Notes: a model not told the origin generated them from the letters alone. DNA of 64,000 bases from an uncultured bacterium (GCA_963827235.1 CAWHAE010000009.1:992001-1056000), one strand, 5' to 3'. Numbered from the stretch's first letter, positions 1-11,564 are shown. Translations and numbers: made by a program.

Positions 1-364
1 TATGGGCCAGGACCGGCGACGGATCGGTCCACACGCCGCTGGAACGCGACCAGTCCTGCTCAGCCTGGACGGCGAGTTGCTGTCGTACGGCCGGCTGGTC
101 TGCCAGAAACGGAACAGCAACTCCCTGCAGCTCGAAGGCCGCGGTGGTAGCCCACTGATAGTGGTGCTCGACACTCTAGAAGATTTTCCGAGCCCGCGCG
201 AATGCCTGGCAAGCGTCGTCGAGCCTGCCGAGGGCTGCGTATGCGACGCCCAGTGCCTGACAAGCATCGCCGAGGACGAACCACCGGGGTGACGATGTGC
301 GAGAACCGTACAGACGGGCATCATATGCGCGCGCTGCCGACGTGGTACCCGGCGTGGCTTGCTT

Positions 365-3014
365 CTAGACGGCGCTCACCGCTGCCATGAGTGCGCAGAG
401 CACGACCGGCGGCACGAGAAGCAGCAGCCACGTGCGCGTGCCGGGACCGTCCTTGACGCGCGTGGCGCCGCCGTGGTCGGCCCGGCGCAGGGCGAAATAG
501 GTGGCGGGCAATGAAGAGCACGCAGAAGGCGCCGAGGGCGCCCCAGTACCCCAGAAGGTGCGCCTGGTCCGGCGAGGCATACATCTCCTTGGGCCAGCCG
601 GCAGTGAGGTCGGTCAGGCTAGGATTGTGCGCGTAGGGCAGCGCCTGGCCGCTTCCGGGCACGCGCGTGACCAGGTCGTTGATCTTGACGGTAGAACCGA
701 GGGCGGCGAGACACCAGTGGCTGATGGTCAGGTAGGAGAGCAGCTTGGCCCAGCCCGTGAGGTCGAAGACAGCACCACTGAATATCACCTGCGGGATCAG
801 CACGATGGGCACAATGGTCATGGCACGGTCGGTAGAGCGCACGAGACTGGAGATCAGCAGCCCGCCCAGCAGCCCTGCGGCCGCGCAGAGCACGAGGCTG
901 ACTACCATCTCCACGGGTGCCGGCAGCAGAATGCCCTGCGTCGGCAGGTGCGGCGTCTTCAGGCGGACAATGCAGAAGAGCACGACAGTCTGCAGGATGG
1001 CCAGAATGGTCAGCACGCCGACCTTGGAGAGGATGTAGGGGAAGAGCTGCAGGTTGATGAGCCGTTCTCGCAGGTAGACAGCCCGCTCTTTGACGATCTC
1101 GCGGGCAGCATTGCTCATGCTGAACCAGAGCGTGGCGACGGCAAGCATGAGCAGCACCTGCTGGGTGTTGTTGATCTTGCTGGACGTGTAGAGCTCGCGA
1201 GAGGTAACCACGACGAGCGCGCAGGCCACGATGGGGGTCTGGGCGAGGAGCAGCGACAGATTCACCCTGTCCAGGCACACCAGCTCGGCGTAGCGTTCGC
1301 TGAGGATCTTCCATTGGCGGACCGCCGAGGCGTGGAGCCGGCGGTGCCCGGCCGGCGGGGAGACCGCGGCGTCGGGCAGCGCGGGCAGATTGCTCATGGT
1401 CTGCCGCTCGAGCACGTAGGCGCGGAAGAAGGGCGAGCGACGGAATCGCAACTCCTCAAGATCCGACTTCTTGATATCGGCGAGCCTGGTGTAGATGTCG
1501 GGGAAGCCGCCGGCGCCGAAGTATGCCGGGGCATCGGTGGGCGGCCCATAATAGACGAGGCGGCCTCCCGCCAGGAAGGCGACCAGGTCGCACCGGCCGA
1601 TGTTCTCGGTAGCGTGCGTGACGAGCACGATCGTACGACCCTGCTCGGAGAGGTCGCGGAGCAGACCCATGACCGCCTTGTCCAGTCCCGGGTCGAGGCC
1701 AGACGTCGGCTCGTCGAGAAAGAGGACGCTGGGGTTGGCGAGCAGCTCCACGGCGATGCTGACCCGTTTTCGCTGGCCGCCGGACAGCCTGCTGATTTGC
1801 TGGTCTCGCTGGGGCGCCATCTGCACCTCGGCCAGCACGGAGTCGATGCGGCGCTCGCGCTCGCCGGCGGAGGTGTCCGGCGGCAGACGAAGGCGCGCGG
1901 CATAGGCCAGGGCGCGACCCACGGTGAGCTCGCGGTGCAAGATGTCGTCCTGCGGAACGTAGCCGATCAGACCACCGAACGCCGTGGTACCGCGGTATAT
2001 GTCGCGGCCGTTGTAGAGTACCGCGCCTTCCTGAGCGGGCGCCACACCGGCCAGAGCGAGCAGGAGCGTCGACTTGCCGGCGCCGCTGCCGCCGATCAGC
2101 GCCACGAACTCCTGCGGCAGGACGCTGATCGAGACGTGGTCAAGGAGCACCTTGCCCGCCCGGCCACCGGCACGGCGCACCAATTCGACGGCGTCGAGCC
2201 GCACGCTGGGCTGCTCGTCTACCTGCTCGAGGGCATCACCCTGGAAGGCAAAGCGTACAGGGCCGATCTGGATCTCGTCGCCGACCTGCAGCTCGTGCAG
2301 AAGCCGGATGCGCCGGCCGCCGACGAAGGTGCCGTTGGTGCTGCGCAGATCGTGCACGAGCATATGGTGTTCGAGGTGCTCGAGCTGGGCGTGGAATCGC
2401 GAGACGAGCGGGTGGTCGACCACCACGTCGTTGCCGGGATCGCGTCCAATGGTCAGCGTGTCCTGCGCGGGACCGAAGCGAATGTCCACCGCACGACCGG
2501 CGAATCGTCCAAGCGCCCTGCCGCGGGCGATGGGGCGCAAGGCAAAGCTGATTGCTTTGCCAAGGCTGTTCGGGGCGTAGATCGGCACATCCGCCGTGAG
2601 CAGGGCCTCGCTCACCTTGACGCCGCCCGCGATCAGGCCACGGGCATGATGGAGATCGCGGATCAGGAAGTTGCCCTTGCGAGCCGCGACTTCCAGCCAG
2701 ACGGCGGCAAATGCGGGATCCTCGACGCGAAGATCGCACGCCGTGCCGGTGCCGATGCGCAGGGCGAGAGCGTCGAGCGGGCGTACTTGTTCCATCCCGC
2801 CGGGCAGTCTCATGACCAGGCAGAACTCTGCTGCCGGCGCGGGCTGCCCGTCCGTCCGGCCAAGCACCTGAGTTCCACCGGCGGCGGGCTGCCTCAAGGG
2901 AGCGCCGCACGAGCCACAGAAGCGAGATCCATGGCGCAGATCAGCGCCGCAACTCGCGCATTGCACGGCCGTGCTCCTCTCGCGGGCGACGAGTCCGCAT
3001 GAGCCGGACTGCAC
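365..3014 (-). CDS. Zinc-ribbon/FHA-FHA/ABC ATPase/ABC-2 permease fusion (Rv1747-like exporter); apparent 1-bp frameshift near 505
   Basis: CxxC..CxxC ribbon; FHA motifs (IGRDPGND..VSRFHA..STNGTFV); Walker A GGSGAGKST, signature LSGGQ, Walker B FLDEPT; hydrophobic C-terminus. The last TM segment continues in ORF 365..580 (TYFALRR..WLLLLVPPVVLCALM) if one C is removed from ATTGCCCGCC. True start may be the GTG near 2965. Confidence 0.88.
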
Positions 3015-3202
3015 AGGCGCCAGCGGAATTCGCGTGCTTCTCGTCCGCCAGTGCCAACCTGGAGGTAGTATACGGTGCGCCAGCGGCAGAACATATGGCT
3101 CGATTGATGCGCCGGCCGCTCGATACGGCGAGCGGCCCCATGCACGGTGTCGCTGACTCGTGCCCGGACATGCACGTGGCTCGATGGCAGCGTATGCACC
3201 GC

Positions 3203-5611
3203 TCAGGCGGAAAGCTGCAGATCTCTGGCCGGGAGCTCGCCGTCCTTGCCGTCCACGGCGGGGGCTCCGCCGGTGCGCCAGACGACCGGATATGCCGATG
3301 ACTGCACCATCGCCTGCCCAGACAGCAACGTCAGCCTACCTGCTTTCAGGGCCTGCTCGAAGGCAGCCACGACCTTGGGATGGAACTGCGTGCCCCTGCC
3401 TTCGAGTATGCGCCTCCGGGCCTCTTCCAGGGGGAGAGCCGGGCGATAGGTACGGCTGCTGGTCATGGCATCGAGCGAGTCGGCGACCATCAGGATGGTG
3501 GCATCGAGAGGAATGTCTTCGCCGCGCAGCCCATCGGGATAGCCCGTGCCGTCCCAGCGCTCGTGATGGTGCCGCACGGCGGGAAGAATGTCGTGCAGGA
3601 ATGGCACCGACGCAAGCATGCGCTCGCCCGTGAGCGTGTGCTGCCGAATAACGACGAACTCCTGTGGGCTCAACTTAGAGGGCTTGGCGAGGATGGCATC
3701 GGGCACGCCGATCTTGCCGACATCATGCAGCAGTCCGGCCAGCTCCACGCGAGCGATATCATCCGGCGTTCGCTGCATGAGCCTGGCCAACACGCCGGCG
3801 TAGGCGCTGACACGCTGCGAGTGGCCGCGTGTATAGGTGTCCTTGGCGTCGACCGCGGCGGCGAGAGCGGCAACGGTGGCGAGGTTGGCGTGCTCGAGCT
3901 GGGCCGCGAGCGAGGCGGGGTCCCGATCGAGCGTGAAGGCCGCGTCCTCGGGCCGTCCCACGCGGCCCTTGCCTGCATGCTTGGCGGCGTAGGCCGCCTG
4001 GTCCGCGGCTCGTATGAGCTCTTCACGCGACAGGGCATGCAACGGGAGCGCGGCGACGCCGATGCTGGCGTGCACGCAGATGGTCAGAGCGCCGTCCACC
4101 ACCACGAGCGACTCTATTGCTCCGCGCAGCCGCTCGGCGAGCCCCAAGGCGTCCTCCATCGAGGTCTCAGGCAGTATGACGACGAACTCGTCGCCGCCGT
4201 AGCGCGCGGCCACGTCCTGCGCCCGCACGGTACGGCGTATGGCAGTGGCGACCGCCGACAGCGTCGCGTCGCCGACCTGATGGCCATAGGCATTGTTGAT
4301 GGTGCCGAAGTCGTCCATGTCTGCCATCAGCAGGGTCAGGGGATGGGCGCCGCGATGCGCGCGCGCTACTTCTTCTTCCAGCCGCGTTTGAAACGCCCGA
4401 TGGTTGAGCAGGCCGGTCAGCCCGTCCTCCGATGCCTGGGCGAGCGCACGCTCGTGCATTCTCGCATTTTGCAGGGCAATGGCCCCTTGCGTGGCCAGGA
4501 TGGTCAGGGCGTCGCATTCGTCATGTCCCAGCTCTGGGGCCTCGCCGCTGAGCAGAAGAACGCCGTCGACACCGGCGCCATCGGACTCAAGCAGGATCGG
4601 TACCACCATGCCGACGTCGCCGAGCATCGTCTCCTGCATCTGCGTGCCGGCTTGGTATACCGGGAGATCCGCTGGACCCGAGCAGGCGGCCTCAGGCGGC
4701 ACGACTACCACGCGCTTCAGCATGGTGGGATCTTCCTCGTCGTGGAGATAGCCCGTGACGGCCTCAGCGCCGGAGATAGTGCATGCAGCCTCGGCGAGTG
4801 GCTGCAGGAGGTCGGCCTGGGTGTGCTGGAGGCGCAGGCGTTGGCCGGCGGTCAGTACCGCCTCAAGCTGGCCGCTACGCTTGCGCAATGCTTCGCTCTG
4901 TTCCTCCGCCTGGGATATGGCGTTGAACGCTACGCGCACGGCGACCACGGGAAACGCGGCAAAGGCCAGGGCGAGCGGGTCGAAGCGCCACATGATCACG
5001 GCTATCACGCCGATCGAGCTGCCGGCGAGCTCCGGCAGAAAGGCAGGCCGGTAGGACTGCCACCAGATCTGCCAGGGCGAGCACCGGCGCAGGAAGGCAA
5101 GGACGCCGATCATCAGACTGACGTCCAGCACGTAGAACAGCACCAGGAGGAGCGCCAGGGCCGGCATGGCGGAGGCCATCCGGCCGGGCTGCAACAGGTG
5201 CGTCGGCCGTACGGCCAGCGAGGAGAGACCCATGGTCAGCCCGACGACGACCGTGGGGTGGCTGACGTTGAAGGCGCGTCTATAGACCGGCGAGCCGGGC
5301 CTGAGGGCCTCGGAGGCCAGGGACGACACAAAGGTGAGCAGCACGGGAAGCGGAGACGGCAGAAGCAGGATGGCGCCGACGTGCACGGGCGTGGCCAGAT
5401 CCTGCGTCACGGACCGATTTACCTGCAGGACCATGTAGTGACCGGTGAAGGCGATCACCGTGAACAGGACGGCTGCTTTGAACACATCGTGCGGCTCGCC
5501 ATTCCAGCCCTGCCTGACCAGGAATACGACGGTCAATCCACCGACCAGCGCCAGGCAGGCCAGATTCAAGCAGCGGAGATACCAGCGGAGTGCTACCGGC
5601 AGCTCTTGCAT
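3203..5611 (-). CDS. Membrane-bound GAF + diguanylate cyclase (GGDEF) + HD-GYP phosphodiesterase
   Basis: About 7 N-terminal TM helices; DGLTGLLN, ARYGGDEF, HDVGK and HHHERWDGTGYPDGL motifs; start placed at MQELP. Confidence 0.92.
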   Translation of the reverse strand: MQELPVALRWYLRCLNLACLALVGGLTVVFLVRQGWNGEPHDVFKAAVLFTVIAFTGHYMVLQVNRSVTQDLATPVHVGAILLLPSPLPVLLTFVSSLASEALRPGSPVYRRAFNVSHPTVVVGLTMGLSSLAVRPTHLLQPGRMASAMPALALLLVLFYVLDVSLMIGVLAFLRRCSPWQIWWQSYRPAFLPELAGSSIGVIAVIMWRFDPLALAFAAFPVVAVRVAFNAISQAEEQSEALRKRSGQLEAVLTAGQRLRLQHTQADLLQPLAEAACTISGAEAVTGYLHDEEDPTMLKRVVVVPPEAACSGPADLPVYQAGTQMQETMLGDVGMVVPILLESDGAGVDGVLLLSGEAPELGHDECDALTILATQGAIALQNARMHERALAQASEDGLTGLLNHRAFQTRLEEEVARAHRGAHPLTLLMADMDDFGTINNAYGHQVGDATLSAVATAIRRTVRAQDVAARYGGDEFVVILPETSMEDALGLAERLRGAIESLVVVDGALTICVHASIGVAALPLHALSREELIRAADQAAYAAKHAGKGRVGRPEDAAFTLDRDPASLAAQLEHANLATVAALAAAVDAKDTYTRGHSQRVSAYAGVLARLMQRTPDDIARVELAGLLHDVGKIGVPDAILAKPSKLSPQEFVVIRQHTLTGERMLASVPFLHDILPAVRHHHERWDGTGYPDGLRGEDIPLDATILMVADSLDAMTSSRTYRPALPLEEARRRILEGRGTQFHPKVVAAFEQALKAGRLTLLSGQAMVQSSAYPVVWRTGGAPAVDGKDGELPARDLQLSA

Positions 5612-5618
5612 GGCCGGC

Positions 5619-5825
5619 TCAACTTGCCGGTGTAGGGACAACGGTGCCGAGAAGCGCTGCCGGAGCACTGCCGCTCGCGCTGCGCGCCTGGAGTGCAGGC
5701 CGGACGGCACGCGGTGCGGCCGACGAGTTGCCGGGACGCCGTGAAAGAGCGACGGGATGCCGGAATGGACCGGCTTCTACGCGTGCAAGGCCGGGTGCTT
5801 GGGGCAGCGAACCGACGAGCAGCAC
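5619..5825 (-). CDS. Small hypothetical protein upstream of the GGDEF/HD-GYP gene
   Basis: AGGAGG RBS 4 nt before GTG; stop 8 nt before the next ATG; no recognisable motif. Confidence 0.3.
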   Translation of the reverse strand: MLLVGSLPQAPGLARVEAGPFRHPVALSRRPGNSSAAPRAVRPALQARSASGSAPAALLGTVVPTPAS

Positions 5826-6344
5826 AATTCCTCCTGAGCTTCACGCCGGCCACTGGAACCGGCGCCGGACAGGCCACGTTTCTCAGCGGTCCAGCGTGCC
5901 GCGCGGCGCCGTACCCGCGCGTGCGCGGTGGACAGCACGCACGAGTATGGTTGCAATGGCAACAGGACCCTGGTGCACGTAGCATCGAGATCATCGAGCC
6001 GAGATCACGACGACGTGGCGCGCGATGCCGCAGCGCCGCCCACGACCACGCCGAACGCGGTGTGCTTCTGCTGTCCGGCTCCCAGCGTGCGGGCGAAGGT
6101 AGCGGACGGGGCCGGGCATACGGAGCACTCCGACTCTAGTATGAGCTCGGTATGCCGGTTGGTCAGCACCCATCCGGGGGTGCCTGTTGGGAGTAGATCT
6201 GAGGAGCGGCATGCTCACTCCCGGCGGGCGGGAGCATGGCACGCCCGTGGACAAGGGTGCTATCGCATAGGACTGTATAGGAACCTATACTGGCTGGCAG
6301 GGAAACCATATAGGCCGCATGGCCCGGTCCGCGGGAGAGGAACT

Positions 6345-7400
6345 ATGGCACGGCGTCTGGTGACCGCTCTGGTGCTGGCTCTCGGCATGGCAGGCTCGTG
6401 CCTGGGGCCCGCGGCAGCGGTCACCGCTGTCGCCGACCCCCTGCCGGCTGTGGAGCAGCAGATCGCGAAGCAGTTGCACGCGCACGCGACGACGTTCGAG
6501 ATTGCACTGGGACCGGTGCCATTCAAGTCCGTCGAGCCCGCGTTCCTGGCTGCGCTGGCCGAAGACGAGTATGTGGAGCAAGACTACCGCTCCATGGCGT
6601 GGGACGGGGTATCGAGCGGTGACGCCGAGACGGTGACTTTCCATGTGCAGTATTGGGAGGACGCCGCGCAGTACGCCTATGTGATGGCCAAGCTGCGAGC
6701 GATGGTGGGCACGCTCACCACGACGTCGATGACCGACGTGGGGAAGGAGAAAGCGATCCATGACTACATGGTGCTACATCTGGCATATGATGGGAGCCAA
6801 ACGCATCGGAGCCCCTACGATGCGCTGAAGCTGGGGATAACGGTGTGCCAGGGGTACGCGATGATCGCCTATCAGATGCTCAAAGATGCCGGCATCGCAG
6901 TGCGTCTCCTTACCGGCGGCTCGCATGCCTGGAACCTGGTGCAAGTGGGAGGACATTGGTACCACCTTGACGTGACCTGGGACGATCCGTATCCGGATCA
7001 GCCGGGCAAGGTCAGCTATGCGTACTTCAACCTCAGCGACTGAGAGGCGCTGCGCGACCACACCTGGACCGATGGCGGCGTTCCGGCGGCCGGTACCGAT
7101 TTCGTGGCCTGGCTGAGCGCGCTCGCTGGCCGGGCGTCGCCGGCAGGGGCTGTGGCACGGCGGTTGCTGTCGTCCACGGGCCTGTACCTGGAGACGCCGG
7201 CTTACACCTACCACTCGCCGGCAGAGATTCAGAAGGCGGTAGGCGGCAGCACGGGATGCACGGTGTCGTTTCGCTATCCGCTTGCCACGATAGGCCGCGA
7301 CGTGGAGAGCGTGCAAGTGAGCGGGTACCAGGTGTCGTGGCAGACGGACAGGCGGGATCCGCTGTACGTGCTGGTTACGTTTTCGCGTTCCTGTTCCTGA
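6345..7400 (+). pseudogene. Secreted transglutaminase-like (Cys-His-Asp) protein with an in-frame TGA at 7041-7043
   Basis: RBS GGAGAGG, signal peptide, VCQGYA, HAWNLV and YHLDVTWDD motifs; the same frame continues YFNLSD*EALRDHTW into ORF 7104..7400. Confidence 0.8.
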
Positions 7401-7646
7401 AGGCGCAACCAGCGTGACCGACGTCACGCTGGTTGCCGGAGCACAGCCTCGCGCCGAGGCAGGCGCAGGCCGGGACGTGTCGGGACCAGCCGTTTGCCGT
7501 CACTCCAGGCACACCGTCGCAGGTGCGGCGCACCACTCCGGCAGCTCGCGGGGCGAATCGCATTCATCCGCGCACAGCGGGCCGACGCATGCGATAGACC
7601 GCTCCCGCACCGGCGGCGATATCTCGCCGACCTGTGGCTCGCGTAC

Positions 7647-8558
7647 TCAGGCGTTGAACACGATCGCCCGGCTTAGATTGCGCGGCGCATCAGGGTCGAC
7701 GCCGCGCTTCTCGGCTATGCGCACCGAGAGGAGCTGCGCCTGGATCAGCGAGACCAACGGGTCGTCGCCGGTGCAGCGGAGCGTGGCGCCTGTTCGCCGC
7801 ACGTCGTCCATCACCGCGGCACTGAGCGAGTCATCCGGATCGTCGAAACACCAGACCAGGGTGTTGGAGTCTGCGCACGAAATCGGCCCGTGACGATACT
7901 CGAGGGTCTGCTGCGCCTCGGGCGGGAGCTGCGCGGTCTCCTGCAGGTTCATGGCGGCGGCGAGGGCAAGCGGATAGTGCCACCCACGCCCGAGGAACAC
8001 GTAGTGACCGAAGCGGGCAAGCGAGGTGGGATCGAACTCGCGTAGACCGCGCTCGACCAGGTCGGGCAGACTCTCAAGCTGCGGGTAGAGGCTGGGGCCG
8101 CCGACCAGCATGCGAAGGGCCAGCAAACTCGCGCTGATGAACCGCGTCTGAATGGTGCCGTGCTCGGGAGCGAATTCCAGCGGGAGGGCCACCGAGGCCT
8201 GAGCGCGTGCCGGGGAGCCCGGCTCGCCTTCGATGAGCGCGACGTCCAGACCGGCCGCTCGCGCACGAGCCATCGCCTCGACGACCTCGGTGGTCTGTCC
8301 GGTCCGGCTGATGGCGACGTTGGACCAGCCCTTGCGCGGAAGATACTCCGACCCCATGATGCCCTGGGCGGGGAACCCGGTCGAGCGCTCGTACAACGAG
8401 GCGGCGGCCATGCCGACGAACAGCGACGTGCCGCAGCCGATGAAGGCTGTTGGTCCCTGCAAGACGGGCGAGAGCAGCGGCGCGTATTCACGCGTGCGAG
8501 CCAGTGTCTGCCGCAGCGCCGAAGGGCTGCTGAGTATTTCCTGCTCGACGAACTTCAT
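7647..8558 (-). CDS. SIS-domain phosphosugar isomerase/deaminase (GlmS-C/AgaS/FrlB-like)
   Basis: EQEILSSP, GCGTS, ISRTGQTTE, LEYRHGP, DPDAPRNLSRAI motifs. Confidence 0.9.
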   Translation of the reverse strand: MKFVEQEILSSPSALRQTLARTREYAPLLSPVLQGPTAFIGCGTSLFVGMAAASLYERSTGFPAQGIMGSEYLPRKGWSNVAISRTGQTTEVVEAMARARAAGLDVALIEGEPGSPARAQASVALPLEFAPEHGTIQTRFISASLLALRMLVGGPSLYPQLESLPDLVERGLREFDPTSLARFGHYVFLGRGWHYPLALAAAMNLQETAQLPPEAQQTLEYRHGPISCADSNTLVWCFDDPDDSLSAAVMDDVRRTGATLRCTGDDPLVSLIQAQLLSVRIAEKRGVDPDAPRNLSRAIVFNA

Positions 8559-8901
8559 GTGTGGTGCCTCCCGATCAGCGTTGATATACCGTGGACCCGC
8601 CCCATGGCAGGTACCGGCGGTGGGCCGCAGGGCTTCAGGTCCCGGATGGACTTCGTTGTGCTTCTTTCCTGCGCCGCTTTGACGACAGTCTCCACCCTCT
8701 GGGTGCAGATTGCAAAGGTGCCCGAGGGGCCGAGTGCGAGCGGAGCGCTATCGGCGAGCGCGAGGCCGGCCTTCCATGCGGGGCCCGCGAGAGCGGCAAG
8801 CGGGACGAGTGCAAACACAGTACTGCCGGCTCCGGTCGGAATGCAGCGCTCCATCATTTGCCTATCCCAGCGCGGTCTCATGAGTCGGCCAAACTAGGAG
8901 T

Positions 8902-8930
8902 ACAATACACCGAGCTGTCTGGTGTGTCAA
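8902..8930 (-). promoter_or_regulatory. sigma70-type promoter for the SIS gene
   Basis: Minus strand TTGACA-17 bp-TATTGT. Confidence 0.65.
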
Positions 8931-9142
8931 GAACGAAACTGGTCGTTTTCGGCATGAATCGGCCAAACGATCTGATACAAAGCACGGGTGTAGCCGGCGT
9001 GACGGACGAGGCGGGCAAGATGCCAGCGGCCGGGGGCCGATGCCAGTGCGCTGCGTGCCTTGAACGGTCCCGGTCTGTGCAAACAACTTTCACTGCTTGA
9101 CCGGTCGTGGTACAATCTGACGCTGTCTAGGGAGGTACGCCA

Positions 9143-9901
9143 ATGCTTGCGACGGAACGACAGAGGCGGATTGTCGACTATGTGTCGTCTCACGGGACGG
9201 CGCGGATCCACGACCTGCGTGGCGACCTCCAGCTCAGCCTGTCGACACTGCGGCGCGATCTGCAGGAGATCGAGCGGCGTGGCGCCATCCGCCGCGTACA
9301 TGGCGGCGTGGTGTTCGTCGAGGAGAAAGCGCAGCCGCCGATCCTGCAGCGCAGCGCCTTCATGGCCTCGCAAAAGCGGCGGATCGGCGCCGCCGCTGCC
9401 GGGCTGGTGGGCAATGGTGAGACGATTATCGTCACCTCGGGCTCCACCACCCAGGCGATCGTGCCGCACCTGGCGTCGAAGACGAACCTGACCGTGATCA
9501 CGAACGCGGTGAACGTCGCCTACATGCTGGCCGATCAGCCGCAAATCGCGGTGATCGTGCTGGGAGGCTGGCTCAACCACACGGAGTGTTACGCCCTGGG
9601 CTATCTCACCGAGCTCTGCCTGCGGGACCTTCGCGCCGACAAGGTCTTTCACGGAGTCTACGGGCTCGAGCCGGAGAGTGGGTTCACGAGCACCTCGATA
9701 CAGGACGTGCAGACGGATCGCAGCCTGATCGGCATTGCCCGCGAGCTCATCGTGGTAGCCGATCACACGAAGTTCGAACGCAGCGGGCCCGTGCTGCTGG
9801 CGCCGCTCGGCGCCGCTTCCACGGTGGTCACGGACGACGAGGCGCCCGATGCTGCCGTGGATGCACTGCGCGGGCAAGGGGTGCGGGTGATACTGGCGTA
9901 G
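9143..9901 (+). CDS. DeoR/GlpR family transcriptional regulator
   Basis: ERQRRI..STLRRDL..RRVHGG HTH; SGSTT, ITN and ADHTKF sensor motifs; RBS GGAGG. Confidence 0.95.
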   Translation: MLATERQRRIVDYVSSHGTARIHDLRGDLQLSLSTLRRDLQEIERRGAIRRVHGGVVFVEEKAQPPILQRSAFMASQKRRIGAAAAGLVGNGETIIVTSGSTTQAIVPHLASKTNLTVITNAVNVAYMLADQPQIAVIVLGGWLNHTECYALGYLTELCLRDLRADKVFHGVYGLEPESGFTSTSIQDVQTDRSLIGIARELIVVADHTKFERSGPVLLAPLGAASTVVTDDEAPDAAVDALRGQGVRVILA

Positions 9902-10072
9902 CCCGGCAGCCGACGTACCTGGGTGACATCAGCCATCGCATGCACGTGCCCGGCGGAAGCGGTCCGCAGGTGAGGGCGCCGCGCCGTGTGATGGGTCCAG
10001 GAGAAGGCAGAATCTGGCAGGAAATGCCGACCGATGGAGTTCAATACAGTCCGAAATACGTCATGTCCGGTC

Positions 10073-10101
10073 TTGACATCGGCGAAGCGCTGGTCTATTG
10101 T
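10073..10101 (+). promoter_or_regulatory. sigma70-type promoter for sugar ABC operon 1
   Basis: TTGACA-17 bp-TATTGT, 77 nt before the ATG. Confidence 0.65.
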
Positions 10102-10177
10102 GAACGAGTCGAACACCGAACGACAGGATCGAGTCGTGTTGGCATCGCCGAGTTGTAAGTCTGGAGGTGCGCAGAAC

Positions 10178-11479
10178 ATGCGGGTAAGCACACTTCGCTC
10201 GTTGGCCGCGATTGCATCGGTTGGCGTGCTCTATCTACCGAGCAGCGTGATCCACGCGGCCAGCGATAAGCCATTCGCGGGGCAGACCGTCAACGTTCAG
10301 GAAGCGGGATTTCCGCCACCGGCAACGGTGCTGGCACAGTTCACGGCGCAAACAGGAATCAAAGTCAATTGGGTCAACATTGGATGGGACTCTCTGCAGA
10401 CCAAGATCACGGCGGCCATGGTGGCGCGCTCGTACTTCGCGGACGTGACCGACGTTGACTGGTCGCGCGTGGGCCAGTTCGCCAAGCTCAACTGGTTCCT
10501 ACCACTGAACAAGTACTTCGACATTCCGTCGCTGCAGAAGGACATGCCCCAGCTCGGTACTTTCATCGACAAGGGGACCTTGGTCGGCGTACCGGTCGAC
10601 GCGTCATTCATGGTGACGACGGTCAACGCGGCAGACTTCAAGAAGGCCGGCATCACGGTGATGCCCAAGACGATCGCGCAGTACCAGGCCGACCTGAAGA
10701 GGCTGCAGACGAGCGGCGTCGCGGCTCATCCCCTGGGCATTCCGTTCTCCGCCGCGGAAGGACTCTCCACCTATTGGTACGAGACGACGAACGCGTTCGG
10801 CGGCTCGATGCTCGATTCCTCGTTCAAGCCACTGTTTACCGATCCGAACTCTGCCGGCTACAAGGCCTTTGACTGGCTGGTGAGCGCATACAAGTCGGGT
10901 CTGGTGCCGCAGGCGAACATCAACATGGCGGACTCGGCCGTGCAGACGAACGAGATGGCTGTACACCGGGTTTCCTCCATATTCAGCGACTACTCCGGAA
11001 ACGTGTCCACCATTTACGGCGTGGCCAGCACCTCGAAGGTCGTGGGCCAGGTGGAGTACATCGACACTCCGGGAGTCAACGGTCCGGCAGGAAATCTCTC
11101 GAACCAGGACGGCATGGGTATCCCGGTGACCGCCAAGAACCCGGGCGCGGCGGCTGAGTTCATCAAGTGGTACGACACCACGGTCAACCAGGCAAACTGG
11201 TATGGCCTCAACGGCCCGAAGAACGCTATCGCCGGCTTCTCAATGCCGATGCGTCTTTCCAGTCTGCAACTCTTGATCAAGGCCGGGAAGTTCCCGCAAG
11301 GGGCACAGATCCTTGGGCTGCTGAAACAATCGAAGGCCGTATTCCCGAACGGCACTCCGCCCTGGTACACGCAGTTCAGCGCCGCGGTCAACACCAACCT
11401 GCACAACGCGGCTCTGGGATCGGAGAGCGTGGCCTCGGCGATCAGCAACATAGCGCGGACGGTCAACTCCCTGCAGTAA
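10178..11479 (+). CDS. Sugar ABC transporter substrate-binding protein
   Basis: RBS GGAGG, signal peptide, FTAQTGIKVNW motif; followed by two permeases. Confidence 0.9.
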   Translation: MRVSTLRSLAAIASVGVLYLPSSVIHAASDKPFAGQTVNVQEAGFPPPATVLAQFTAQTGIKVNWVNIGWDSLQTKITAAMVARSYFADVTDVDWSRVGQFAKLNWFLPLNKYFDIPSLQKDMPQLGTFIDKGTLVGVPVDASFMVTTVNAADFKKAGITVMPKTIAQYQADLKRLQTSGVAAHPLGIPFSAAEGLSTYWYETTNAFGGSMLDSSFKPLFTDPNSAGYKAFDWLVSAYKSGLVPQANINMADSAVQTNEMAVHRVSSIFSDYSGNVSTIYGVASTSKVVGQVEYIDTPGVNGPAGNLSNQDGMGIPVTAKNPGAAAEFIKWYDTTVNQANWYGLNGPKNAIAGFSMPMRLSSLQLLIKAGKFPQGAQILGLLKQSKAVFPNGTPPWYTQFSAAVNTNLHNAALGSESVASAISNIARTVNSLQ

Positions 11480-11530
11480 GCGCGCGCTACCGAGCGATAG
11501 AGAGCGCGAAATCGTTCCCGAGGATCAGGT

Positions 11531-11564
11531 GGGCCCGGCGGGCTGGAGAGCCGGCGCCGGGCCC
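11531..11564 (+). terminator. Intercistronic stem-loop after the SBP gene
   Basis: GGGCCCGGCG...CGCCGGGCCC 10-bp inverted repeat. Confidence 0.5.

Noticed and set aside
1-330. Gene at the left edge
   Set aside because: Several short open frames, none with a recognisable motif.
501-5635. Long antisense ORFs (501..3002, 3380..5635; likewise 32394..34136, 35212..37605, 38533..39993, 44762..46594, 51817..53436)
   Set aside because: Shadow ORFs opposite well-supported genes, expected in high-GC DNA; no motifs.
7041-7043. Selenocysteine codon
   Set aside because: Not at a catalytic Cys position (the catalytic Cys in VCQGY is intact) and no convincing SECIS seen.
8560-8900. glmS ribozyme or riboswitch in the long leader of the SIS gene
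   Set aside because: Conserved core motifs not recognised by eye; an Infernal/Rfam scan would be needed.
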